A DNA stretch of 62,706 bases from Candidatus Woesearchaeota archaeon (GTDB lineage Archaea; Nanobdellota; Nanobdellia; SCGC-AAA011-G17; GW2011-AR18): assembly GCA_964497265.1 (NCBI GenBank), contig CAZCCK010000005.1:1-62706 (forward strand), read 5' to 3'. Made by a program: the position numbers and the translations under genes. Shown in pieces: positions 1-8,801 of this stretch; positions within the stretch are counted from its first letter, which is position 1; each line of letters starts with the position of its first letter. Under the pieces are notes generated by a model, which saw only the letters and a list, made by a program, of their open reading frames with translations, made no database searches and had not been told where the DNA came from.

Positions 1-74
1 TCCATCCCCATTTTTTTATTTTTTAAAGTTTTCTAACCAGTCCTTTTCTTATATTTTTTGTTCTTCTAAAGCAA

Positions 75-593
75 ATGGAAAAGTATTATGGTAGAAAAAA
101 AGTAGCTGCAAAGATTTTAGACTACGTTTTCCCTTTGTTAGATACTTACAATTCTTTTGATGAATCTCAAAAGTTAGCAAAGGAGTTTAAGGAAGATTCG
201 AGGTTAACGATTGCAGAGTATTTGGATGCTTCTGCAAAAAAGCATAGACATTTAATGAATGCGGCAAAGTTTGCGGATAGTGCTGATCGAGTGACGAGTT
301 TGTGTGGGTTAGTGGCGGAATCTTTCTTATCGCCTACTTTTGCTGGTGCTTTGGTTGTGAATGGTGTTGAAGAGGGGATTGAATTAGCGTGTAAGGTTCC
401 TTTTTTTGTGTATGCGTTCAAAGCAGATCCGATAAAAGCAGCCTATCTTCTTGTCCAAGAGATAGCAACATCTTCTATTCCGGTCTTAGGGGATTTATAC
501 GATTTAACAAATAAGTACATGGAAGTAGCTTATCAAATCGTAAGGGAAGATGCGAAAGAGAGCTTAAAGAAGAGAAATAGCGTTACCACTTGA
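75..593 (+). CDS. hypothetical protein (172 aa)
   Basis: Longest ORF here. The antisense ORF 167-421 is shorter. No motif recognised. Confidence 0.5.
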   Translation: MEKYYGRKKVAAKILDYVFPLLDTYNSFDESQKLAKEFKEDSRLTIAEYLDASAKKHRHLMNAAKFADSADRVTSLCGLVAESFLSPTFAGALVVNGVEEGIELACKVPFFVYAFKADPIKAAYLLVQEIATSSIPVLGDLYDLTNKYMEVAYQIVREDAKESLKKRNSVTT

Positions 594-667
594 CAATAGA
601 CACATCAAGAAACCTTTAAATAATAGTATTTGTTCGCTTCTTTGAACCATAAGGGGGTTTTTACAAA

Positions 668-2986
668 ATGATGAAGAAAGTTGCATTAATGAGTCTTATC
701 TTAGTAATTTTGTCTTTGTTTCCAAATATTGCTTTAGCGCAGAGCCATAGTGTTACAATTTTGCCTGTGAATCCTACTGAAAATGACACTCTTAATTGTT
801 TTTTAGATGGTGCTCAGCCATTAACTGATGGTTTAGATGGTACGTATCAATACTTATGGAGAATTAATCCTCAAACTTCTCAGGATGTTGTTGTAAATGA
901 TCCTACCTTGCCTGCTGGAACAGCAACTGCCGGTCAGATCGTTTCTTGTGAAGTTCATCTTGTTAAAGTAAATCAACTTGATCCTCGTCATCCTTTAGAT
1001 CAGATTTTGGGAAGCGCGATCGCTCGAGTTGTTGGCGCTCAAGTTCAAGAGCCAGGCGGCGTCTTACCGGTAACAATTACGCCTGAAAATCCTCATGATA
1101 ATGATGATCTTACTTGTCATGTTGACGATGGAAGTCAAGATGCTACGTTTACCTTTTTTTGGTCTTTAAACGGCGGTTCTGCAATTCAGCAAGGGTTGGG
1201 CCAGAATGTTTTTAGTAAAGATCTAACCTCTGAAAATGACATTGTTCGTTGTGAGGCGAGACTTATTATTGAGCCTATCTTAAATCAATTCATTGGTGCT
1301 ACCTCTGTTACGATTCTTCCTATGACAATGAATCATGCGCCGCTAGTAAGATTCCTTGCTCCGGCGGATGGTGCTTCTTTTAATACAAATGATGTTATTC
1401 ATTTCCAAGCGAGAGCTGATGATGACGATCATGATATTGTTTCTTGGGCTTGGGATTTTGGAGATGGTCAGACGAGTACTGTGAGTGAGACTGTTGATCA
1501 TGCTTACGCAAATCCTGGTTCCAAAACTGTTACTGTAAGGGTGACTGATGCTACTGGGTTAACGGGCAGTGCTTCAATCACGCTGAATGTTAATGGAATG
1601 GCAACAGGTCATCAAATTCAGTTGTTAAATACGTATAGTGATTCTTTTTTTAGTAGTCCAAGTCAGAGTTTTTTAAGAACAACGCCGATGTATGTCTTAT
1701 TTACCGTTGTTGATGCAAGTGGTGCTGGAATTTCGAATGTGGATATTCACGCTTCTTTGGAAGACGTGGCTACTGGCGCGCATTTACTTGATTTGACTCC
1801 TTATACTGGTTTTCTTGGCGAAAGAGAAACTGGTATGCCTTCGATGTTAGAAATTACGAACGGTCAGCATGCAAGAATTTGTATGGCTAGTATGTGTACT
1901 GGTGGTCCGGATGGGACGTATTATTATGAGATTCCTTCAATTCCGATTACTGATGATGTGCTCGGATTAAAGACGGTTCATATTGAAGCTGAAGGGAGAA
2001 CGCTTAGCGCCCAAGTGCAGGTAACTATTTTGAATAATGCGCCTCAGATTACCCAAAGCATTAGTAACATCAACTTGGATCCTGGTCAGTCTACAACCAT
2101 CGATTTACATGCGAGTGATGTTGAAGATGCAACAAGTGAGTTAGTATGGTCTGCGCAAATGGGCAGTCACGAGACAATTTCATTTGATCAAATGATGCAT
2201 AAAGCTACAATAACTGCTGGATCAACTGCAGGTTTAGATGTTGTTACATTCACTGTTACTGATACTGATGGCGCTGTAGCGACTCAGCAAGTAAATATCA
2301 ATGTGGGTGGGGTAACCTCTACTGGTTCTCATAATCCCGTAGCAATGATTGATGCAAGTCCAAGAAGTGCGCCTTTAAGCACAGTTTTCAGCTTTTCAGG
2401 AGCAAGAAGCTTTGATATTGATGGAAGAATCGTTGCTTACAGGTGGACTTTTGATGATGGTTACACTGCTTCAGGTTCTGCTATTACGCACTCTTTTGCT
2501 ACTGACGGAAGTCATACTGTTACGTTAGAAGTTATTGATAATAGTGGTTTAACTGGAAGTGCAAGCGCTTCTGTTACTGTTGTTGCTGGAACGCAAGGAA
2601 ATGATATTCCAGATCCGAATGAAGGAAGACCGAGAAATCGTGCTGCTTTTGCAGTAATTGCGCATGACTTCAAGGTTGCAAGAATTCAGACGTTTCCAAC
2701 AAAATCCAGTTACAGGCCTGGAGAAAGAGTTGGCTTTTTCACTGAATTAAGAAACGGTGGAAATGTTGATGAAAATGTTGATTTAACCTTGAACATTCTA
2801 GGTTTAGGGGTTAGTCAGCAAGTAAGTCATGAGATTGTAGATATTGGTGAAACAAAGTGGAATGGTAATCTTGGGGTGGTTATTCCAGCAAGTGCTCATC
2901 CTGGAACGTATGTTGCTAAGCTAGAGGCAAACTCTGAAAGTGAGCAAGTGCACATAATTAAGTATCTAGTATTAACTGTAGAGTAA
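668..2986 (+). CDS. secreted multidomain surface protein with two PKD domains
   Basis: Signal peptide MMKKVALMSLILVILSLFPNIALA. PKD signatures WDFGDGQTS and WTFDDGYTASG, each followed by VTVxVTDxTGLTGSAS-like strands. Two N-terminal ~100-aa repeats (NPTENDTLNC...IVSCEVHL and NPHDNDDLTC...IVRCEARL). CARDB-like C-terminal part. SD-like AAGGGGG at 651-657. Confidence 0.8.
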   Translation: MMKKVALMSLILVILSLFPNIALAQSHSVTILPVNPTENDTLNCFLDGAQPLTDGLDGTYQYLWRINPQTSQDVVVNDPTLPAGTATAGQIVSCEVHLVKVNQLDPRHPLDQILGSAIARVVGAQVQEPGGVLPVTITPENPHDNDDLTCHVDDGSQDATFTFFWSLNGGSAIQQGLGQNVFSKDLTSENDIVRCEARLIIEPILNQFIGATSVTILPMTMNHAPLVRFLAPADGASFNTNDVIHFQARADDDDHDIVSWAWDFGDGQTSTVSETVDHAYANPGSKTVTVRVTDATGLTGSASITLNVNGMATGHQIQLLNTYSDSFFSSPSQSFLRTTPMYVLFTVVDASGAGISNVDIHASLEDVATGAHLLDLTPYTGFLGERETGMPSMLEITNGQHARICMASMCTGGPDGTYYYEIPSIPITDDVLGLKTVHIEAEGRTLSAQVQVTILNNAPQITQSISNINLDPGQSTTIDLHASDVEDATSELVWSAQMGSHETISFDQMMHKATITAGSTAGLDVVTFTVTDTDGAVATQQVNINVGGVTSTGSHNPVAMIDASPRSAPLSTVFSFSGARSFDIDGRIVAYRWTFDDGYTASGSAITHSFATDGSHTVTLEVIDNSGLTGSASASVTVVAGTQGNDIPDPNEGRPRNRAAFAVIAHDFKVARIQTFPTKSSYRPGERVGFFTELRNGGNVDENVDLTLNILGLGVSQQVSHEIVDIGETKWNGNLGVVIPASAHPGTYVAKLEANSESEQVHIIKYLVLTVE

Positions 2987-3010
2987 CAAAAAGGTGTGTT
3001 TACCGAAAGG

Positions 3011-3018
3011 TTTATAAG
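3011..3018 (+). promoter_or_regulatory. TATA box (TTTATAAG) for the 3081 gene
   Basis: Archaeal TATA consensus preceded by a purine-rich BRE-like CGAAAGG. An SD GGGAGG at 3065-3070 lies 10 nt before ATG 3081. Confidence 0.45.
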
Positions 3019-3080
3019 TAAGTCATAACTACAGAATGACAACAAATCACAATAAGTGTTTCAAGGGAGGAATTAAGAAC

Positions 3081-4466
3081 ATGAAAGGGTTTAAATTTGC
3101 GAGTACAATGGTAGTAATGCTAGTGCTTGCTCTAACAGTATTTAGTGGAGCAGTTTCTGCTGTAATTAATAATGATTTTGGTCTTAGAACGGTACGAGAT
3201 CCAAGAGATTTCGTAAATCATCCGCTTCAGCCAGGTGTATCAGGTACGCCGGTTAACACAAATTTTCAAGTAGACGGACTTACAATTAATGATGAAAATA
3301 TTCTTGCGAGAACAAGCGCAGGACTTCTTCTTAACGTTCAACGTGGTGAAGCTCTTCCGATTGAAGTTTCTTTAGTAGGAAGGAATGCTGGCGCTGAAGA
3401 CGTAAGAATCAGAGCTTATATTGGTGGTTACGAATACGGAACCATTGAAGATGAAACTGATATCTTCAAGATTGCTCCAAATGGTGTTTACCATAAAAAT
3501 CTTAACCTAGTTGTTCCAGAAGATATCGAGCTTGGAGACAACAAATACACTCTTTACATCGAAGTCTTTGACGACGATCAAAGTGTAACTTACAAATATC
3601 AACTAAGAATTGAAGCTCAACGTCATGATGTACAAACATACGACGTTATTTTCAATCCACCAAGCAACGTAAAAGCAGGACAACCTTTGTTCGCTTCTGT
3701 ACGTGTAGAAAACCTTGGAGATAACATTGAAGAGAGCATCAAAGTTACAATAACAATCCCAGAATTAGGATTGAGCACAAGTGAATACGTAGACCAGTTA
3801 GTGACTGAGCAAGATCTTAGCACTGATGGTATTGTATACACAAAGAAAGACTCTGTTTCAACAAACGACTTAATGCTTTTAATCCCTGAAAATGCAAGAG
3901 AAGGAGATTACCAAGCTCATGTTACTGTTGAATACAACAGAGGTCATAGCAAGCAAGAAAGCGTTCAAACTCTCCATGTAGTTGGAAGTAAAGGAGCTTC
4001 TAGCCCTGCTGTTCTCAGTGTAGACAGTCAAAGCCAAAGTGTTGAAGCCGGAAAAGGAGCAGTATACAAGATTAGTGTTGCTAATCTTGCTGCAAGTGCA
4101 CAAACTTATACTGTTGAAGTTTCCGGAGTAAGCTCTTGGGCAAGCGTAAGAGTTGATCCTCAGGCTCAAACAGTTATGGCTGAAAAAAGCGCTGATTTCA
4201 ACGTTTATGTAAGTCCGAATGAAGGAACTCAAGGTTTGAAGTCCTTTAGCATTGCAGTTAAAGATGCTAATGGAAACATCGTAGGAGAGAAAGCAGTAAG
4301 CCTTACTGTTTCAGAAGCAAGTGGCGCTGACACTCTTAAAAGAGTGCTTGAAGTTGCTTTCGTTATCTTACTCGTTATCCTTGTCATCGTAGGACTTGTA
4401 GTCCTCGTGAAGAGACTTGGTGGCGAAGAACCTGAAGAGTCAGTAGAAGGTAAAACCTACTACTAA
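3081..4466 (+). CDS. cell-surface (S-layer-like) protein with C-terminal membrane anchor
   Basis: Start moved to M16 (MKGFKFASTMVVMLVLALTVFSGAVSA signal peptide) because the SD is at 3065-3070. Beta-rich Ig-like repeats. C-terminal TM VAFVILLVILVIVGLVVLV followed by an acidic tail. Confidence 0.7.
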   Translation: MKGFKFASTMVVMLVLALTVFSGAVSAVINNDFGLRTVRDPRDFVNHPLQPGVSGTPVNTNFQVDGLTINDENILARTSAGLLLNVQRGEALPIEVSLVGRNAGAEDVRIRAYIGGYEYGTIEDETDIFKIAPNGVYHKNLNLVVPEDIELGDNKYTLYIEVFDDDQSVTYKYQLRIEAQRHDVQTYDVIFNPPSNVKAGQPLFASVRVENLGDNIEESIKVTITIPELGLSTSEYVDQLVTEQDLSTDGIVYTKKDSVSTNDLMLLIPENAREGDYQAHVTVEYNRGHSKQESVQTLHVVGSKGASSPAVLSVDSQSQSVEAGKGAVYKISVANLAASAQTYTVEVSGVSSWASVRVDPQAQTVMAEKSADFNVYVSPNEGTQGLKSFSIAVKDANGNIVGEKAVSLTVSEASGADTLKRVLEVAFVILLVILVIVGLVVLVKRLGGEEPEESVEGKTYY

Positions 4467-4470
4467 ACCT

Positions 4471-4490
4471 TCTTTTTTTTAGTTATTTTT
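4471..4490 (+). terminator. oligo-T tract after the surface-protein gene
   Basis: A T8 run at 4473-4480 and a further T5 run lie directly after the stop at 4466. Archaeal terminators are oligo-T. Confidence 0.35.
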
Positions 4491-4518
4491 ATATTTCTTT
4501 TCTTTATTCTTTTATCCT

Positions 4519-5262
4519 ATGGCTAAATTAGCAAGGTTAGAGGAAGTTTTTAATAAATATTTTGATGAAAGTATATTGTACTACGCTACCTTCATGCCTA
4601 CAACAAGCTCTTTTCTTAAAAAGCATTGGAGAATCGCTTCTGCAGGAGTGGGTATTGTGTCTATGTATGGTTTTTTCTCTGCGGTAATGCCACAACCAAC
4701 TGCTACTTCCTGTAATTTTTCTCAAGAGGGTTTAGTCTACAAAGATCCTTTGCATCTTAAAGGTATTCAAGAAGTTGTTGTTCATAAGGGAGAAATTACT
4801 CAAATAACTGCCTATGCTGGCTCAAAAACAATTATTCTTACTCCTGGCGCAGAATACTATCCTCTTGCCAAAGAGCGTGCGCTTGAGCAGATAGCAGGCT
4901 GCAAATTGACAAAGGCTGATCTTGGTTATTCTGAAGAGAAAAAAGAAATTCCTATTGTAACCAAAGAAGAAGCAAAAGAGCAAAATCCGATTATATACTC
5001 GTCACATGCGTGGAAGACGAAGGAGTATAGTTGTTCACATTCTTCTGCGCCGGGAAAATATGATCGGCGTTGTTATGACTTATCTTCAAACTCTGAAATT
5101 GATAAAACCGGAATATTGGGTTTTTGTTCTTGGAATGGTAAAATTGAGTCAATTAATAGATGGAGGTATGGAAAAGCCTCGGAAGTCTTATCCTCGCGTG
5201 ATCCGGAATTTAAGCAATTAGAAGAAAGAGCTGAACAACTTATTAGATTGTGTGATGATTAA
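4519..5262 (+). CDS. hypothetical membrane-anchored protein (247 aa)
   Basis: One N-proximal hydrophobic helix (IASAGVGIVSMYGFFSAVM). The internal alternative-frame ORFs are shorter. No motif recognised. Confidence 0.5.
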   Translation: MAKLARLEEVFNKYFDESILYYATFMPTTSSFLKKHWRIASAGVGIVSMYGFFSAVMPQPTATSCNFSQEGLVYKDPLHLKGIQEVVVHKGEITQITAYAGSKTIILTPGAEYYPLAKERALEQIAGCKLTKADLGYSEEKKEIPIVTKEEAKEQNPIIYSSHAWKTKEYSCSHSSAPGKYDRRCYDLSSNSEIDKTGILGFCSWNGKIESINRWRYGKASEVLSSRDPEFKQLEERAEQLIRLCDD

Positions 5263-5349
5263 GTTTTAACGTTCTAGCTAGAAAAGAAATATTGAAATCT
5301 TCTAGTTGTTCTATATAAATCTTTAAAAAAGAAAGGAAACTCTTCGAGA

Positions 5350-7314
5350 GTGATGAAAAGAGCGATTTATCTGTTTATTTTCTTATTTATAGCCTGTTCT
5401 GTTCACGCATTCAGTTTAGCTCAGACAAGTCCGCAAAGTGTGGAAGTTTGTCCAAGGGATACAGCTTTGTTTGTGACAACGCTCCAAAGTGATACAAATG
5501 CAGATTTTACTTTAACAAATAGGGGGAGTGCAAGTAATTGGGCAACGACAGTTCCAACAGGGAGCCATCTTAATGCAAATGAAGAAAAGACAATTTACAC
5601 CTATGTTACGCCCAGTATTGCCGCGTATCCAGGAACATATAATTTAGATGTTGTTGCTTCTCGTTCAGGTGAAACAAAATCAAGTAGTTTTGCTTTGAAA
5701 GTAAAGGATTGTTTTGGTGCTTCATTGGTGAGTGCTTCTCCAGAAAGTCAGCTTTGTCCTTCTGAGATTGGAACGTTTAAGTTTACGTTGAGAAATACTG
5801 GTGCGTATCAAGAAGCGTTTGTGCTTAAGTTACAGGGTCAGTTGACAGATCAGTTAAAATTGAGTGATTCAAGTGTTGTTCTTGCTTCTGGAGAGTCTAA
5901 GGATATTTTTGTGTATGTGACTGCTCCTAAGAACGCGGGAGAGTATAGTTTCACTGTGAGTGCACAGGGTAGTTCTGGAAAAAGTATCCAATCTTTTGAA
6001 GGAAAGGTAAATGTAAAGCCATGTTATAGTTTTACTGTGGATGCGCAGCAGAGTAATTCTCTTTTCTGTGAGCATACTGCTAAGATTATTCCAATTACTA
6101 TTAAGAATGAAGGAACAACGACAAATCAGTATTCTCTGAGTTTGGACGGTCCTTCTTGGGTTAGTCTTGAGAAAAATACCGTAGCTTTACTTCCTGGTAA
6201 TTCTCAGATAGTGAGGCTTATTGCTGCGCCTGATTTTGGGGTTGAGGGAAGTTTCAAGACAGTAGTGACTGTGGCTCCGCAGAAAGGTACTGAGAAGGCT
6301 CTAACTGAATTAGCTTTGAATGTAAAAAAGTGTCATGCTGTGGATCTTTCTTTAAATCAAGAGAATGCGAGTGTTTGTGTGAATTCAGAGAGCAATTATC
6401 AAGGACAAGTAAGAAATGATGGGGAGGTGGATAAAGAGTATTCTTTTTCTTTGAATGCTCCGAGTTGGGTTGAAAGTGATGTTGATGCTTTTTCTTTGAA
6501 AGCGGGTGAGAAAAAAGATTTTGTACTTACTGCTTCTCCTTCTGAAAGTGTAAAGCCTGGTTCTTATCCTATTAAAGTAAATGTAAGAGCAAATGATGAA
6601 AGTAAGGTTTCTGCAAGTAGATCGATAGAGATAAATGTTGTTTCTTTGCAGGATTGTTTTAATCCGGTTCTAGAAAGTGAGTATAATGATCTTGTTGTGT
6701 ATGCTGATTCTAATGTTGTGCTTCCCGTGACTGTGGAAAATAAAGGGACTCAGTCCAGTGTGTATCAGCTTGTGATGAGTGGTTCGGCCACGTCTTTTTC
6801 TAAATTGACTCCTGGTACAGTGAGTCTTGGTCCTGGTAAGTCCGAATTGGTCTATGTGTATATTGCGCCTAAAGCTGACACTGCTCTTACGTCTTATGAT
6901 TTAGATCTTGCTGTGAAAATGAAAGATAGTAGGGTGTTAGCTTCTAAATCCTTTAAGGTGCGTATTACAAATGATTCTTCTCAGGCGACGCGTTTAATGT
7001 CTGCTGCTCCTGCTAGTCAGAGTAGTTCTTGGTTAAGGTTTAAGTCTTGGTTAAAAAGAACGTTTGCGCCTACGATTGAGGTAAATGTTTCTAGTGTAAA
7101 CGTGTCTACTCCCGTGTCTAAAGCGCAGCCTGTAACTACCTCATTGAATGAGTCTTCTGTTAAAGTTCCTGAATCGTCTTCGTTTGGTAAGATTGTGCAA
7201 GTGTATCGGTATTGGATTTTGGGTTCGATTATTCTAATTTTAGTTGTGATTATTTTGGTGCGTATTGATGCTCATCGTTTTTTCTTGGAAGAAGATGATG
7301 AGGATGATGAATAA
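5350..7314 (+). CDS. surface protein of tandem Ig-like repeats with C-terminal TM anchor and acidic tail
   Basis: Signal peptide MMKRAIYLFIFLFIACSVHA. A ~100-aa periodic unit starts with VK(D/P/K)C and has a second Cys ~15 aa later. C-terminal TM ILGSIILILVVIILV and tail EEDDEDDE. The start is GTG 5350 or ATG 5353. Confidence 0.7.
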   Translation: MMKRAIYLFIFLFIACSVHAFSLAQTSPQSVEVCPRDTALFVTTLQSDTNADFTLTNRGSASNWATTVPTGSHLNANEEKTIYTYVTPSIAAYPGTYNLDVVASRSGETKSSSFALKVKDCFGASLVSASPESQLCPSEIGTFKFTLRNTGAYQEAFVLKLQGQLTDQLKLSDSSVVLASGESKDIFVYVTAPKNAGEYSFTVSAQGSSGKSIQSFEGKVNVKPCYSFTVDAQQSNSLFCEHTAKIIPITIKNEGTTTNQYSLSLDGPSWVSLEKNTVALLPGNSQIVRLIAAPDFGVEGSFKTVVTVAPQKGTEKALTELALNVKKCHAVDLSLNQENASVCVNSESNYQGQVRNDGEVDKEYSFSLNAPSWVESDVDAFSLKAGEKKDFVLTASPSESVKPGSYPIKVNVRANDESKVSASRSIEINVVSLQDCFNPVLESEYNDLVVYADSNVVLPVTVENKGTQSSVYQLVMSGSATSFSKLTPGTVSLGPGKSELVYVYIAPKADTALTSYDLDLAVKMKDSRVLASKSFKVRITNDSSQATRLMSAAPASQSSSWLRFKSWLKRTFAPTIEVNVSSVNVSTPVSKAQPVTTSLNESSVKVPESSSFGKIVQVYRYWILGSIILILVVIILVRIDAHRFFLEEDDEDDE

Positions 7315-7347
7315 TTATTTAAAGAAGTAATTGCGAATTCTAGAAAA

Positions 7348-8175
7348 ATGGATCAAACTGAGAAAACGTTTAAGCCTGCTTCTAAACAGGATTTAGTCGA
7401 TCTTCTTACCGGTCGAGGGGTTTATTCTAAGATGGGTGTTGGTCGCCGTAAAAACATTTGGAATAGGTGGAGATCTTTATTCAAAAGAAAAGATTTTGAT
7501 GTGTCTTCAACCGATCTGATTCTCAAGGATTTGGTTGGTTTTGATCTTTCGTATGGAAATTTTAAAGATTGTAACTTAATGCAGGCTGCATTAAATGGCG
7601 CAGATCTAACTGGTGCTGTCTTAAAAGAAGCAAATCTCAATTTGACAAACTTTAAAAATGCAAAATTAATTGGGGCAGATTTAAGGAATGCGCATATTGT
7701 GTATACCCAGTTTAATAAGGCTAATCTGAGTGGTGCGAATTTGAAGAAGGTGGGGATGGCAGAAGCAAATTTTGAGCATGCTAATTTTTCTAAAGCGATT
7801 TTAGATGGTGCTAAATTTCAAGAATGTGGGCTTCTTGAAGCAAATTTCAAGCAAGCTTCAATGAAAGAAGTATCTTTTATCGGCATAAGGAGCTTAGAAT
7901 TTTGTAGGTGGAATGGTGCTGATTTGGAAGGAGCAAATTTTGAGAGGATCGACGATGAAGAACATATTACTCGCTTGATTAAAAATGCGAACTGGGAAAA
8001 AGTTATAATTAATGGTGAAGTTTGTAAAAAGGTAAATCCTGTTAAAGAGCGTGGAAGTTTATCCTTAAGTCCATTTCCAGCTAGGGATGAAGGGGGGCTT
8101 TCTTTAACAGAAGTAAAAAGAGCGCCTGAGGAAGAGAAGTCTTTTTTAGCTAAAATTTTATCTTGGTTTAAGTAG
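7348..8175 (+). CDS. pentapeptide-repeat protein
   Basis: Long run of A(D/N)LxG-type pentapeptides (ADLTGAVLKEANLNLTNFKNAKLIGADLRNAHI...ANLSGANLKK...). Confidence 0.8.
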   Translation: MDQTEKTFKPASKQDLVDLLTGRGVYSKMGVGRRKNIWNRWRSLFKRKDFDVSSTDLILKDLVGFDLSYGNFKDCNLMQAALNGADLTGAVLKEANLNLTNFKNAKLIGADLRNAHIVYTQFNKANLSGANLKKVGMAEANFEHANFSKAILDGAKFQECGLLEANFKQASMKEVSFIGIRSLEFCRWNGADLEGANFERIDDEEHITRLIKNANWEKVIINGEVCKKVNPVKERGSLSLSPFPARDEGGLSLTEVKRAPEEEKSFLAKILSWFK

Positions 8176-8716
8176 TTTTTTTAAAGAATCCTTTTTCCCA
8201 GAGAAGTTCTAGGTAGTCTTTTTGAATGATTTCTTTGATTTCAAGTTCTTCTAAGAGTTGAAAAATTTCTTTTTTATGTTTTTCTAGATTTTGTTCTTCT
8301 CCTAAAATTTCTAATTCTATGAAGTCTCCTAAATGAGTTACAGAATCGAGGTCGATGGTAATATGTTGCAAAGTATAGGTTTCTCTTGTTTTTTCTATTT
8401 CGCCTACAATTTTAAAGTTCATAAAAGCGAATATTTCTTTAAGTTGTTTTCCATCTTCGATAGTAAGAGAAAATTCTTTTCTTGCCCGTGTTTCATTGTC
8501 CATTCTAGGACTTTTGTAGTCAAGTTTCCAGTTACCGTTTGTGTTTCTTATTCTTAAGACTTGATCTGTTTTTGAAAAGTCTGCTGTTGGCGGGTCAAGG
8601 AGGATATCGTGTTGATATTTCTTTGTTTTAAATTGGGCTCCTTTTTGTTCAAGTTTTCTTTTTATTTCTTCTCTATTGGCGATGGAAGCTTTGATTTCTA
8701 TTTCTAGATTTCCCAT
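8168..8716 (-). CDS. CYTH-domain protein (CyaB-like class IV adenylyl cyclase / triphosphatase family)
   Basis: N-terminal ExExK signature (LEIEIKA). Size of 182 aa and alternating beta pattern are typical of the CYTH tunnel fold. Confidence 0.7.
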   Translation of the reverse strand: MGNLEIEIKASIANREEIKRKLEQKGAQFKTKKYQHDILLDPPTADFSKTDQVLRIRNTNGNWKLDYKSPRMDNETRARKEFSLTIEDGKQLKEIFAFMNFKIVGEIEKTRETYTLQHITIDLDSVTHLGDFIELEILGEEQNLEKHKKEIFQLLEELEIKEIIQKDYLELLWEKGFFKKTT

Positions 8717-8801
8717 TTATTTTCTTAAGAACCTTGGTTTTATTTAAGGATATATGGTGTAGGATAATTAAATTTATTAATGAAGAGTATTTGGTAAAGA
8801 G

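Noticed and set aside
5272-5283. Perfect 12-nt palindrome TTCTAGCTAGAA between 4519-5262 and 5350-7314, considered as an operator.
   Set aside because: It is a single short palindrome in AT-rich spacer, which is expected by chance. At most it is a weak terminator stem.
7348-8175. Pentapeptide-repeat protein considered as a Qnr/MfpA-like gyrase protector linked to the gyrase locus.
   Set aside because: It lies about 14 kb from gyrB/gyrA with unrelated genes in between. Pentapeptide repeats are functionally diverse, so the link is pure speculation without structural length or charge comparison.
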